From assembly GCA_964544545.1 (NCBI GenBank), contig CAZJCG010000003.1:54747-118746 (forward strand): a DNA stretch of 64,000 nt, given 5' to 3'. The notes below the pieces were generated by a model, which saw nothing but the letters and a program-made list of their open reading frames with translations, had not been told where the DNA came from and searched no databases. This DNA comes from an uncultured Lentimicrobiaceae bacterium. Lineage in GTDB: Bacteria > Bacteroidota > Bacteroidia > Bacteroidales > UBA4417. The position numbers and the translations under genes are program-made. Shown in pieces: positions 48,813 to 58,685 of this stretch. The stretch's first letter is position 1, and the number at the start of each line of letters is the position of its first letter.

Positions 48813-50975
48813 ATGATAAAAAGGTTCCTGCATATAGTATTAGCTGTCTTTTTCCTGGTTTCAGGAATGGATGCCAGCTGCAGGAACGGGGCAAAACTGT
48901 ACTCAATCGGAAGCAATGCTGCCTGGAATTCAACCCTGACCTGGTCCCTTACAGCAACGGGGCCCGCTTGTGGGCTGATTCCCCAGTCTGATGATACACT
49001 TATTGTGAATTCCCCGGTGATCCTGAACGACGATTTTGAACTTGCCATGTCAGGCCGTATCGAAATAACTCCGGCAGGGTGGTTGAAAGGTTCAGCTTAT
49101 GCAATTACACTTTCAGGGAATTCCAGTCTGTTCTGCGATGGTACTATCCAGCTTTCGGCGTTGACTGTCAGCAATAATGCCTCTCTGTCGGTATCGCCGC
49201 GGGGCAAACTGACTGTTGAAAACACCTGTTCGGTTCAGGCTGTTACACCTATTCTTATTGAAGGGAGCCTGACGGTGAACGGAAACCTGGATTGTGGTAA
49301 TTCCCAGTCAGGCGCATCCTCCATACTTGGTACCGGCTGGGTGAATGCCGGGACTTTCAGCGGGCAGGGAAGCATTATGCAGTTACAGCCTGCCGGGAAT
49401 ATCCCTTCCGGAAGCGTTCTGACGGAGCATACCTGGAAAGGCAGCGCCGGCAGTAATTGGGAGGATGCTTCCAACTGGTCAGCCAGTGAAATACCCGGGC
49501 CAGGTTCCAATGTGGCAGTATTGCCATCGGTTTACCAACCGGCAATTGCAGGCAACGCATACTGCAGGGATCTGCGTCTCAGCCCTGGTTCAAGGCTTGA
49601 GGTCGACCCGCATGGCGTGTTGAATGTTACCGGCAATCTGCTGATACCCGAAGATGCTGAATTGTTGCTTCATAATACCGCCTTGAGTTATGCATCCCTT
49701 ATAACCAGCGGAACGGTAACAGGCAAGATAAAATCAGAAATCCAGGTGCCGGGCAACAGCCCCATCCTTGTTTCCTCACCGCTGACGGATGCACTGACAG
49801 GTACTTTCATTAACATGTACCTTCGCGATTATTCCGAGTCCACTTCCAGTTGGGGAAACTATATTGTTCCGACTGATATACTGTTGCAGCCCATGAAAGG
49901 CTATGAGCTGTTATCTCCCTATCCTGCAACCCGGATCTTTGAAGGCACACCCTTGCAGGGTGAGGTCAGTCAGCCGGTATATTCGGATCATGAAGGATGG
50001 AACCTGCTTGGTAACCCGTTCCCAAGTTACATCGACTGGCAGTCGGATGATCAGTCTGTTCATGGCTGGCAGCGAAACAATCTGTCCAGGGCGATCTACT
50101 ATCCTGATCCGAATGGTTCAGGTAACTATGCCGTCTATGTTTCGGGCAGTGACCCCGTGTCAGTCAATCATGGCAGCCAGTACATTCCTCCCATGCAGGG
50201 CTTCTTCGTCAGGACCAGGAACCAGGACGGAAATAGTGGTTCGGGCGTAGTTAAGGTAAATGCCAATGCTAGAACGGCCATTTCGGAAGAAATGGATTAT
50301 GCCCTTTCGAATGTTGCTCTCAAATTCAAGATTGAAGGTGGCGGTTACAGCGATGAAACTGTTATTCGCTTCAACCCGGAGTCCGGTTTCGAAGTGGATG
50401 ACGATTTCGACGCATATAAGATTGAAGGTAATTCTGATGCACCTGCATTATTTTCTGTCATCGGCGATGGTACTCACCTGACTGTCAACACTATGCCGTC
50501 TCTTACTTCATCGCTTGAGATACCGATGGGTGTGACCTGCAAATCCCAACAACAACTGAAATTGTCGGTAAACGGAAATACCAATTTCGAATACCGTTAT
50601 CCCTTGATTCTGGAGGATCGTGCTACCGGTACCTTCATTGATATCAGGAAGGATTCGGTTTATGTTTTTGATCATAGTCCGTCGATGGATCCGTTACGTT
50701 TCCTGCTTCATTTTGAAGATGCCACAGGACAGGAAGAAAGCATTTCATCCAATAATACTAATATTACTCTAATAAATGGAATTATCAAGGTAACCGGGGA
50801 ATCTTACCAGCAACTCAATGTGCAGGTATTTGGACTGGATGGTAAAAAGGTACTCGAACAGTCCGGTATCGCTTCTCCCGATCTCTTAATCCCTTTCCAG
50901 GGTTACCATGGAGTATTCATTGTAACTGCCACTACTAACAAAACTCAATATGCTCGTAAACTCTGTGTCGAATAA
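48813..50975 (+). CDS. Large secreted protein with a probable T9SS C-terminal domain
   Basis: 720 aa with a signal peptide. The C-terminal beta-sandwich-like tail NVQVFGLDGKKVLEQ...GVFIVTATTNKTQYARKL resembles a T9SS sorting domain. Confidence 0.65.
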   Translation: MIKRFLHIVLAVFFLVSGMDASCRNGAKLYSIGSNAAWNSTLTWSLTATGPACGLIPQSDDTLIVNSPVILNDDFELAMSGRIEITPAGWLKGSAYAITLSGNSSLFCDGTIQLSALTVSNNASLSVSPRGKLTVENTCSVQAVTPILIEGSLTVNGNLDCGNSQSGASSILGTGWVNAGTFSGQGSIMQLQPAGNIPSGSVLTEHTWKGSAGSNWEDASNWSASEIPGPGSNVAVLPSVYQPAIAGNAYCRDLRLSPGSRLEVDPHGVLNVTGNLLIPEDAELLLHNTALSYASLITSGTVTGKIKSEIQVPGNSPILVSSPLTDALTGTFINMYLRDYSESTSSWGNYIVPTDILLQPMKGYELLSPYPATRIFEGTPLQGEVSQPVYSDHEGWNLLGNPFPSYIDWQSDDQSVHGWQRNNLSRAIYYPDPNGSGNYAVYVSGSDPVSVNHGSQYIPPMQGFFVRTRNQDGNSGSGVVKVNANARTAISEEMDYALSNVALKFKIEGGGYSDETVIRFNPESGFEVDDDFDAYKIEGNSDAPALFSVIGDGTHLTVNTMPSLTSSLEIPMGVTCKSQQQLKLSVNGNTNFEYRYPLILEDRATGTFIDIRKDSVYVFDHSPSMDPLRFLLHFEDATGQEESISSNNTNITLINGIIKVTGESYQQLNVQVFGLDGKKVLEQSGIASPDLLIPFQGYHGVFIVTATTNKTQYARKLCVE

Positions 50976-51036
50976 CCCTGCAGGTATTTACCCTGAAAGG
51001 AAATCCAAGGTTTCAAAATTATTCAGTCCCGAGACA

Positions 51037-51411
51037 ATGAAAAAACTGAACATTCTTCTGGCAGAAGATGATGAGATGATCGAGAAGATCACTTCTTTCT
51101 ATCTTCGGAGGATAGGCCATCAGGTAGATGTTGCCCGAAATGGCAATGAAGCTATCAATATGTTCAAGGAAAAGCAATATGACCTTATATTGATGGATAT
51201 ACAGATGCCGGAAATGGATGGACTTCAGGCAGTAAAAGAAATCAGAATTATTGAAGAACAGTATCGCAAGATCGGTCATACCACCATTATCGCTATAACT
51301 ACCAATCCCAACAAGGAAGAATGTCTTGAAGCCGGTGTGGATGGTTACGCTCAAAAGCCTTTCAGTTTTGAAGAGTTCAATTCACTTTTCTATCAGTTCA
51401 ACCTTGTCTGA
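51037..51411 (+). CDS. Single-domain response regulator (receiver)
   Basis: MKKLNILLAEDDEMI...YDLILMDIQMPEMDG...IIAITT. The start is taken at ATG 51037 rather than the track's 50950. Confidence 0.85.
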   Translation: MKKLNILLAEDDEMIEKITSFYLRRIGHQVDVARNGNEAINMFKEKQYDLILMDIQMPEMDGLQAVKEIRIIEEQYRKIGHTTIIAITTNPNKEECLEAGVDGYAQKPFSFEEFNSLFYQFNLV

Positions 51412-51518
51412 TCTTGTTCCGGTTCAGGTTCGCTGATCTATTCGCATCTCCCCATACGTACTACTTTCCAGCATAATTATCATTTTTCGGTACATTTGTC
51501 AGTCTAAGCCGAAGGGGA

Positions 51519-54452
51519 ATGCTACACCGACATCTAAGTGATTTCAGACACGGGATTTCCGTTGAGATTCTCGTGCTATGGCTATGCCTGCCGCTCTTCT
51601 CGTCAGCACAGTATTATAACCTGGGTCAGGATCCGGCTTCGATACGTTGGAGGCAAATAAAGACCGGGAACTTCAGGGTCATTTACCCCTCATCATATGA
51701 GAAACAGGCTCAGGATCTGACCAGCCTGCTGGAATACGTCAGGGAACACGGCACCACTACCCTTGCGCATAAGCCCCGCAGGGTACCGGTAATCATCCAC
51801 AACCGGGATATTATCCCCAATGCCTTTTCGGTATGGGCTCCCCGCAGGATTGAGCTGTATACCTGTCCGCCCCAGAACTCTTATGCCCAGTACTGGAATG
51901 AGCAACTGGCCATTCACGAGTACCGGCACATCGTTCAGATGGATATGCTCAATAAGGGCTTTACCCGCGGTCTCTCATGGCTCTTTGGTGAACAGGCTAC
52001 CGCCATTGTGTCCGGACTCTTTGTGCCGATGTGGTTCATGGAAGGAGATGCCGTCTGTACCGAAACAGCCATTAGTCACAGTGGGCGCGGGCGCATTCCC
52101 TCCTTTGAGATGGAGATCCGTTCACAGATGTTGCAAAAGGGGATGTTTTCATACGACAAGGCTGTTTTCGGATCCTATCGTGATTTTATTCCGGATCAGT
52201 ACGTGCTGGGGTATCAGATAGTAGCCAATACCCGCAGGCGTTTTGGAGCGCAATCGTGGATCAGCGGAATGGATATGGTTGCCCGGCAGCCCTTCAGGAT
52301 TCCGCCGCTGGATGCAGGACTGAAAAAAGCTACCGGAATGAATAAAGTCCGGTTGTACCGGCTTGCGATGAATGACCTTGACAGCCTTTGGAGAGAACAG
52401 AATGCCAAAACGGAAACCACGCCTTTCCGCGTGATAACCCGGACGAAGAGTGATACCTACCGGAAATACAAATACCCGCATTATCTGAATGACTCATTGA
52501 TCCTTGCCGAACGAACCGGTCTGGACGATATCAGCCGCTTTGTGATCAGTGATCTGAAGGGAAATGAAACGGTGCTTTGCACACCTGGGATCTTTTCATC
52601 GGACGTGTATTCAGTTACCGTCGGAATGCAGTCGTTCGGGAGCGGCATGAACAAACCGGGTTCTTATACGGTGGATAACCTTTCCATCAGCAAAGGGCTG
52701 CTGGCCTGGACTGAACGTGAATCGGACATCCGGTGGCAGAACAGGAATTACTCTGTTATCAAATTGTACGATTTCAAAAAGAAGGAAATAAGGAGGCTGA
52801 CTGAAAAAAGCCGCTATTTCGCGCCGGCTGTTTCTCCCGATGGCCGGAGCATACTTGCTGTGGAGGTGAGCGAGAATAATGTCAGTTCACTGGTGATCAT
52901 TGATGCTGAATCGGGCAGGCAACAAAAAACATTGCTTTCTTCCACCTCCGATTTTTATATGAGCCCCTGCTGGTCGGAGAACGGAGATACGTTCGTGTAT
53001 GTCCGGCTCAACCAGCAAGGTAAAAGCCTGATGATGATGAATGCAGCATCCGGCGCCACATCCCTGTTGTATGGCCCGACCTTCGGGGAGATATCTTTTC
53101 CGGTTACGGCTGGTGATTATGTTTTGTTCAACGCGCCTTTTTCAGGAATTGAGAATATCTATGCCATTCATCTTCCGGAGCTTTCCGTTTATCAGGTCAC
53201 TTCCGCGGAATTCGGGGCCTGTAATCCCGACGTTGACCTGCATACCCGAAAGATGGTCTATTCCGATTATTCGGCCTGCGGATACAGGTTGGTGGAAGCA
53301 GATTTCAATCCGGGCTCATGGAAACCGCTGCAGGAAGTGAAGGATAATTCAGTAGGGCTCTATAAGGCTTTGCTGACCGAGGAAAACGGCATAGTTGACT
53401 CAACCACCTATACGCATCAGACCTTTACCTCAACACCTTATTCCAAGGTTGCTCATCTGTTTAATTTCCACAGCTGGGCGCCGGTTTATTTCAATTATGA
53501 CGATTCGGAAATGGGCGCCGGCGTTGCAGTTATGTCGCAAAATGCACTGAGCACGGCCACCACCATTGCGGGATATGACTGGGATTATGCCCAGCAGACC
53601 GGCATGACAAAACTTTCGTTCCGGTATGAAGGCTGGTTCCCGGTTCTTGAACTGGATGCAGCAAGCGGCAGGCGCGGATTTGGTATCGACAATGATCCGG
53701 AGTCGGAAACTGACCGGTATACCTGGGATGAAACCTCTGTCAGTGGCGGGGTAAAGGTCCCCTTGACGTTTAACCGGGGGAAGCATTACTCCGGGATGCA
53801 GTTTCAGGTACACGGCAGCTGGAAGGAATTGCGGAACGACAGTCGTCCCGACACTTCCCGGTTTGAAGGAAATCTTACAACCCTCGATTACCGTTTTTCA
53901 TTCTACCGTTATCTGAAGCTGGCCATCCGCGATCTTTATCCCCGGTTCGGGCAAACGGCAGAAATAAATTTCAGGCATTCCCCATTCGGGGATAAGTCAT
54001 ACGGGACGATCGCTTCCGGCGAGTGTGCCCTCTATTTCCCGGGACTGATGAAGCATCATGGGATACGCCTGTATGGAGGATACCAGTGGAGAAAAGAGAG
54101 TGATCTGATCTTTGCAGACCTGGTGCAGGTTCCACGCGGATATCTGTCGGTAGCATCCGAAAAAACATCAAGTCTCGCCTTCAACTATAAATTTCCTTTC
54201 CTCTATCCGGATCTTTCGCTGGGCGGGCTTGCTTACATCAAACGGATCAAGGCAAATCTGTTTTACGACCAGGCGTTCTATCGTTATAACGGGAATGATT
54301 TTTCGAGGGGATCTGTCGGAACCGAGTTGACTTCGGACCTGCACCTGCTGCGGTTCCTGCTTCCCATCGATACCGGGATCCGGGTGGGTTACAGGCTGGA
54401 CGACAACCGCTGGTTTGCCGATTTCCTCTTTTCGGTAACTTTGTCTATCTAA
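51519..54452 (+). CDS. Large hypothetical protein: N-terminal HExxH region, TolB-like beta-propeller-like middle, beta-rich C-terminus
   Basis: 977 aa. LAIHEYRHIVQ (HExxH). The middle has FAPAVSPDGRSILAVEV-type repeats. The C-terminus has alternating aromatic strands. Confidence 0.55.
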   Translation: MLHRHLSDFRHGISVEILVLWLCLPLFSSAQYYNLGQDPASIRWRQIKTGNFRVIYPSSYEKQAQDLTSLLEYVREHGTTTLAHKPRRVPVIIHNRDIIPNAFSVWAPRRIELYTCPPQNSYAQYWNEQLAIHEYRHIVQMDMLNKGFTRGLSWLFGEQATAIVSGLFVPMWFMEGDAVCTETAISHSGRGRIPSFEMEIRSQMLQKGMFSYDKAVFGSYRDFIPDQYVLGYQIVANTRRRFGAQSWISGMDMVARQPFRIPPLDAGLKKATGMNKVRLYRLAMNDLDSLWREQNAKTETTPFRVITRTKSDTYRKYKYPHYLNDSLILAERTGLDDISRFVISDLKGNETVLCTPGIFSSDVYSVTVGMQSFGSGMNKPGSYTVDNLSISKGLLAWTERESDIRWQNRNYSVIKLYDFKKKEIRRLTEKSRYFAPAVSPDGRSILAVEVSENNVSSLVIIDAESGRQQKTLLSSTSDFYMSPCWSENGDTFVYVRLNQQGKSLMMMNAASGATSLLYGPTFGEISFPVTAGDYVLFNAPFSGIENIYAIHLPELSVYQVTSAEFGACNPDVDLHTRKMVYSDYSACGYRLVEADFNPGSWKPLQEVKDNSVGLYKALLTEENGIVDSTTYTHQTFTSTPYSKVAHLFNFHSWAPVYFNYDDSEMGAGVAVMSQNALSTATTIAGYDWDYAQQTGMTKLSFRYEGWFPVLELDAASGRRGFGIDNDPESETDRYTWDETSVSGGVKVPLTFNRGKHYSGMQFQVHGSWKELRNDSRPDTSRFEGNLTTLDYRFSFYRYLKLAIRDLYPRFGQTAEINFRHSPFGDKSYGTIASGECALYFPGLMKHHGIRLYGGYQWRKESDLIFADLVQVPRGYLSVASEKTSSLAFNYKFPFLYPDLSLGGLAYIKRIKANLFYDQAFYRYNGNDFSRGSVGTELTSDLHLLRFLLPIDTGIRVGYRLDDNRWFADFLFSVTLSI

Positions 54453-54462
54453 CTTTACAAAT

Positions 54463-54930
54463 ATGCGAGCTAAACTGATCACTCAGCAACGCGAGATCGA
54501 TGATATCATCAACCGGTGTGAGGTCTGTTATGTCGGGATGGTGGATGAGCATCAGCGCCCCTACGTCCTTCCGTTTAATTTTGGCTATCGCGACGGTGTC
54601 ATTTACCTCCATTCTTCCCGGAAAGGCTTGAAAATGGAGATTCTGAAAAGCCGTCCTCAGGTATGCATTGTCTTCAGTACCGATCATCTGCTTAAAGCCC
54701 AGAGCGAGCAGGTAGCCTGCAGCTATTCTATGCATTACCGGAGTGTGCAGGCATTTGGTTCGGTAGAATTTGTAGAGGACCGGGAGGAAAAGATCAGGAT
54801 ACTGGATATCATCATGGCTCATTATACCGGGAGGGAATTTACTTACAATGAACCAGCCCTGCGGGAGGTAAGCACTTATAAGGTAAATGTGGAGCGCTTT
54901 TCCGGTAAGATATTCGGGTATGTAAAGTAG
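54463..54930 (+). CDS. Pyridoxamine 5'-phosphate oxidase-family (NimA-like) FMN-binding protein
   Basis: 155 aa. IINRCEVCYVGMVDEHQRPYVLPFNFGY and the overall split-barrel pattern. Confidence 0.75.
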   Translation: MRAKLITQQREIDDIINRCEVCYVGMVDEHQRPYVLPFNFGYRDGVIYLHSSRKGLKMEILKSRPQVCIVFSTDHLLKAQSEQVACSYSMHYRSVQAFGSVEFVEDREEKIRILDIIMAHYTGREFTYNEPALREVSTYKVNVERFSGKIFGYVK

Positions 54931-55086
54931 CGTGGGGTTTGCTTATACGAACTTACGGATATACAAGTTATATGCAATTGGAGTAAACACCTCATATCGA
55001 CTTCAAAATATTCTTTCTACACTGGTTCTGAAAATAAATATTTAAGCTTCGGTTGTACTATAGGACAACTTTCATACCTTTGTACT

Positions 55087-55437
55087 GTGAGTGAAAAAAG
55101 GAGAAATAGAACAATAATTTTTTACAAAGACTATTTTGCTAAATTCTTTGTAAAACAGCGAGATAAAGTAAAAGACAAGATAATCTGGACCTTTGATCTT
55201 ATTGAAGAGTTCCCCAGAGTCCCTGAAAATTATCTTAAGCATATAGAAAACACAAGTGGACTCTATGAAATCCGGGTACAACAAGGCAGTGACATATTCA
55301 GAATTTTCTGCTTTTTTGACCAAGGTCAGTTGGTTGTCATCATAAACAGCTTTCAAAAGAAAACTCAAAAGACACCAAAAAAAGAAATTGAAACAGCATT
55401 AATAATCATGGAGGAATATTTCAATGAAAAAGAATAA
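55087..55437 (+). CDS. RelE/ParE-superfamily (HigB/Gp49-like) toxin
   Basis: 116 aa with a GTG start. LKHIENTSGLYEIRVQQGSDIFRIFCFFDQGQLVVIINSFQKKTQKTP. Overlaps the downstream HTH gene by 14 nt. Confidence 0.75.
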   Translation: MSEKRRNRTIIFYKDYFAKFFVKQRDKVKDKIIWTFDLIEEFPRVPENYLKHIENTSGLYEIRVQQGSDIFRIFCFFDQGQLVVIINSFQKKTQKTPKKEIETALIIMEEYFNEKE

Positions 55438-55723
55438 TATCAAAACTCTTGAACAGTTTAAAGACGAGCAATATGGAAAGCTCGGAACAATAAAAAGAGA
55501 CAAACTGGAGAAAGGCTATGATTCTTTTAGGATTGGTGCATTAATTCAAGAAGCAAGGATCGAGAAAGGAATGACTCAAGAAGAACTTGCAGCAAAATGT
55601 GGAACAACAAAATCTTATATTTCCAGAATTGAGAATAATATTAAAGAAACTCGGATCTCAACTTTGCAGAAAATAATAGAATTGGGATTTGGTGGGACAC
55701 TGCAACTTTCTATCAAATTATAG
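55424..55723 (+). CDS. XRE-family HTH antitoxin (HigA-like)
   Basis: 99 aa. GMTQEELAAKCGTTKSYISRIENN. Confidence 0.8.
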   Translation: MKKNNIKTLEQFKDEQYGKLGTIKRDKLEKGYDSFRIGALIQEARIEKGMTQEELAAKCGTTKSYISRIENNIKETRISTLQKIIELGFGGTLQLSIKL

Positions 55724-55907
55724 AGTCAGAGGAAAATACCAACCGCATATAACCAGGGCTTAGCTCCAGGGCTTTGTCCAACGCACAAGGCCCACAACAC
55801 AAAGCCCCGGCGCCAGGCCCCGACCGTTACTCACGATTTGAAAAAACTGGTGATTTATCCATTAAAGAATAAAATGTAATAACTTTGTGTCTACAAAATT
55901 GGATGCA

Positions 55908-56153
55908 ATGGATATATCTGTAATACAAATCGGGAACTCAAAAGGGATTAGATTAAGTAAAACCATTCTTGAGAAATATAATATCAAGGACACCGTTGAA
56001 CTGATCCTTGAGAAAGGATATATTATTATTCGGCCAAAATCGACTCCAAGAAAAGGTTGGGAAAGAGCATTTAAAAAAATGCATGAGAATGGTGATGATA
56101 AACCGTTGATGGCTGATGTTTTTGATGATGAAAATTTTGAGGAATGGAAATAG
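55908..56153 (+). CDS. AbrB/MazE/SpoVT-family antitoxin
   Basis: MDISVIQIGNSKGIRLSKTILEKYNI. The likely start is ATG 55908 (the track uses GTG 55887). Overlaps mazF by 10 nt. Confidence 0.8.
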   Translation: MDISVIQIGNSKGIRLSKTILEKYNIKDTVELILEKGYIIIRPKSTPRKGWERAFKKMHENGDDKPLMADVFDDENFEEWK

Positions 56154-56467
56154 TTCAATATTCAATAATCCTGGTAAATCTTGATCCTACAGTCGGAAGC
56201 GAAATAAGAAAAACCAGGCCCTGTGTGGTAATCTCTCCGGATGAAATGAACAAGCATCTGCAAACCATTACTATTGCCCCTATGACTACCCAGTCAAGGA
56301 ATTATCCGACAAGAGTCGAAGTAAAACATAATGAACAAATTGGTTGGGTTGTTTTGGATCAAATCAGAACTATTGACAAACAAAGAATATTAAAAATATT
56401 AGGCAAACTTGCTGATAAAGAAATAATTGTAACCAAGAATATTATCAGGGAAACTTTTGTGGATTAG
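56144..56467 (+). CDS. MazF/PemK-family endoribonuclease toxin
   Basis: 107 aa. ILVNLDPTVGSEIRKTRPCVVISPDEMN. Confidence 0.85.
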   Translation: MEIVQYSIILVNLDPTVGSEIRKTRPCVVISPDEMNKHLQTITIAPMTTQSRNYPTRVEVKHNEQIGWVVLDQIRTIDKQRILKILGKLADKEIIVTKNIIRETFVD

Positions 56468-56614
56468 CACAAATTGTGGGTAACAGGGGGCAGGCGTTAC
56501 GGCCTCTGTTGACGGCGATTGAAAAGGATGCAATGTCAGGATCCGTAACATTTAGTACAAACACAAAGTGGGAATAATACAAAACATACGTAACTGCAAT
56601 AAAAAGACAATTAT

Positions 56615-56818
56615 ATGTTTCGAATAATTGGAAGCTTGCTTGATTCAATAATCCCCTTTGGAATCTTTTTGTACTTAACTTTATTATTATTTGGAGTTGT
56701 AAGATTAAAAAGCAAACCAAAGATTTTGGAAAATCCTCCAACCCATTATAAAATCAGTGCCATCATCGGGACAATATGTTTCGGATTGTTGATAGTATTT
56801 AAAATCATAGAACTGTGA
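56615..56818 (+). CDS. Small two-TM hypothetical protein
   Basis: 67 aa with two hydrophobic segments. No other support. Confidence 0.35.
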   Translation: MFRIIGSLLDSIIPFGIFLYLTLLLFGVVRLKSKPKILENPPTHYKISAIIGTICFGLLIVFKIIEL

Positions 56819-56964
56819 TGATAATAGCCTGTGCCTGAGATGGGCCAAGCTACCAGGACTGTGTTCTGCCGCACATAGTTCACCATATAAAGCCCTGGCG
56901 CCAACCCTGGTAAGTTTTGCATTACTACTAGCCATTCAGAATTTAAAATGATTCAGAAGACTCT

Positions 56965-57753
56965 ATGAATTACAGAATCAAGAAACTGGAATCTTTCAGG
57001 CTGTTATCGATCTATGGCTATGAGGCTATTGGTACAGGCCATAATATGCATGCATTGCTCGAAATTGATATTACCGATATTCGTCAGCGTCTCAGGTTGC
57101 AGCGAAAGACGGGGCAAAATGTCACTTTCTTCGGATTCATTCTGCATGCTATTGCCAGGACCATCAATGAGAATCCGGAGTTGAACCATATCCGGCGCGG
57201 AAAGAAACTCTATTATTTTGATGAAGTGGATATCGACATTCCGGTAGAACTGGAATTGAACGGGGTATTGATCCCCAGAAAATATATCGTGAAAAATGCT
57301 GCAAATAAGTCGGCTGTTGATATATCACAGGAGATTGAACAAGTTAAAAAGAGCTGGAAAGAAACCGGAGATGCCGGTGAATCTGATAAGTGGGCACAAC
57401 GGTGGATCAAATTCTCCTCCGTATGTCCTAAATGGTTGTTTAAATTCATCGCAAAGCAGTTTTCTAAAAATCCTTTCAGGTTAAAGGACGGATTTGGAAC
57501 TACCTATGTATCATCGGTCGGAGGATTCAGCAATGTCACCGGATTTGTCGTTCCTTTCTTTGCCGGCCGGTACAGGCCTTTGGCTTTTGCTATCGGAAAT
57601 ACGACCCGAAAACCAGGAGTCGTAGGATCTGAAATAAAGATCAGGGAATATTTAAGCCTGACAGTAACCATCAATCACGATTTAGTGGACGGGGCTCCGG
57701 CTGCCAGATTTATAAACCGGTTGAAACAGCGGATCGAAGGGAACTGTGAATAG
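56965..57753 (+). CDS. 2-oxoacid dehydrogenase E2-type acyltransferase catalytic-domain protein
   Basis: 262 aa. LSLTVTINHDLVDGAPAARF is the H-x3-DG catalytic motif. Confidence 0.75.
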   Translation: MNYRIKKLESFRLLSIYGYEAIGTGHNMHALLEIDITDIRQRLRLQRKTGQNVTFFGFILHAIARTINENPELNHIRRGKKLYYFDEVDIDIPVELELNGVLIPRKYIVKNAANKSAVDISQEIEQVKKSWKETGDAGESDKWAQRWIKFSSVCPKWLFKFIAKQFSKNPFRLKDGFGTTYVSSVGGFSNVTGFVVPFFAGRYRPLAFAIGNTTRKPGVVGSEIKIREYLSLTVTINHDLVDGAPAARFINRLKQRIEGNCE

Positions 57754-58091
57754 AGATCCGGATTTCCTAATCACTGTTGTCCGGAAACATCATTAAGTTA
57801 TTGATAATTTGGTCCCACCTCACCCCCAACCCCTCTCCTGAAGGAGATGGGCTTAATCAGCAGACTATCTATGATTTATGCAGACCGGACCAGTATTAAC
57901 CGGACAATAGTGTTTTGCTAATCTGATCACAGCCCGGGAACCTGGGTTTATGACCCTTGAATACAGTGGCCCGGGAAACCATGATTGTTGTGTGAACTAA
58001 CTGATCTTCGGGGTGCTACACAATGATCCATCCGGCAAAACCAGCATCATGCATTTCTTTTGAGAACGCTTACTAACCGGGACAGGCCAGC

Positions 58092-58682
58092 TTATTCCTT
58101 TTCTTCCCGGGCAGACCTGTACCTTACCAGAGGCGGATAAGTGGCGTAAAGCTTCGCAAAAAGGAATCCCAGGAAGGAACCTATGCAGGCGCCGGTAAAT
58201 ACATCGCCCGGGTAATGCACTCCCAGGTATATCCTGCTGTAGGATACGAGGATGGCAAAACCCAGGCAGAGCGGGACCAGGAATGGACGTTTCCTGCCAA
58301 GTGTGAGGATAATGAACAGGGCGACAGCAAAGGAGTTGGAGGCGTGACCGGAATAAAACCCATAGCTGCCGCCGGTATATCCGTTTACAGTATGCACCAG
58401 GCTGCTCAGGGCCGGATCGTTGGTCGGGCGCAGGCGCATCACATTGTTTTTAAATATATTGCATAACTGATCGCTGGCCAGGATCATCAACAGGATCAGC
58501 ACCAGCACGGTCCAGAACCGGTTTTTATTATCCCTGTAAAGCATCCACAAAAACCAGATGTAGAGCGGCGCCCAGATGAACCTGTCGCTCACATACCACA
58601 TGATCTGGTCGAGAAACGGGGTGTGAAGCCCGTTCAGGTAGAGGAGGAGCTGGGCGTCGAACGACTGAAGCGTTTCAATCAT
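58092..58682 (-). CDS. PAP2-family phosphatase
   Basis: 196 aa. MRLRP, YSGHAS and SRIYLGVHYPGDV motifs, and multiple TM segments. Confidence 0.85.
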   Translation of the reverse strand: MIETLQSFDAQLLLYLNGLHTPFLDQIMWYVSDRFIWAPLYIWFLWMLYRDNKNRFWTVLVLILLMILASDQLCNIFKNNVMRLRPTNDPALSSLVHTVNGYTGGSYGFYSGHASNSFAVALFIILTLGRKRPFLVPLCLGFAILVSYSRIYLGVHYPGDVFTGACIGSFLGFLFAKLYATYPPLVRYRSAREEKE

Positions 58683-58685
58683 ATT

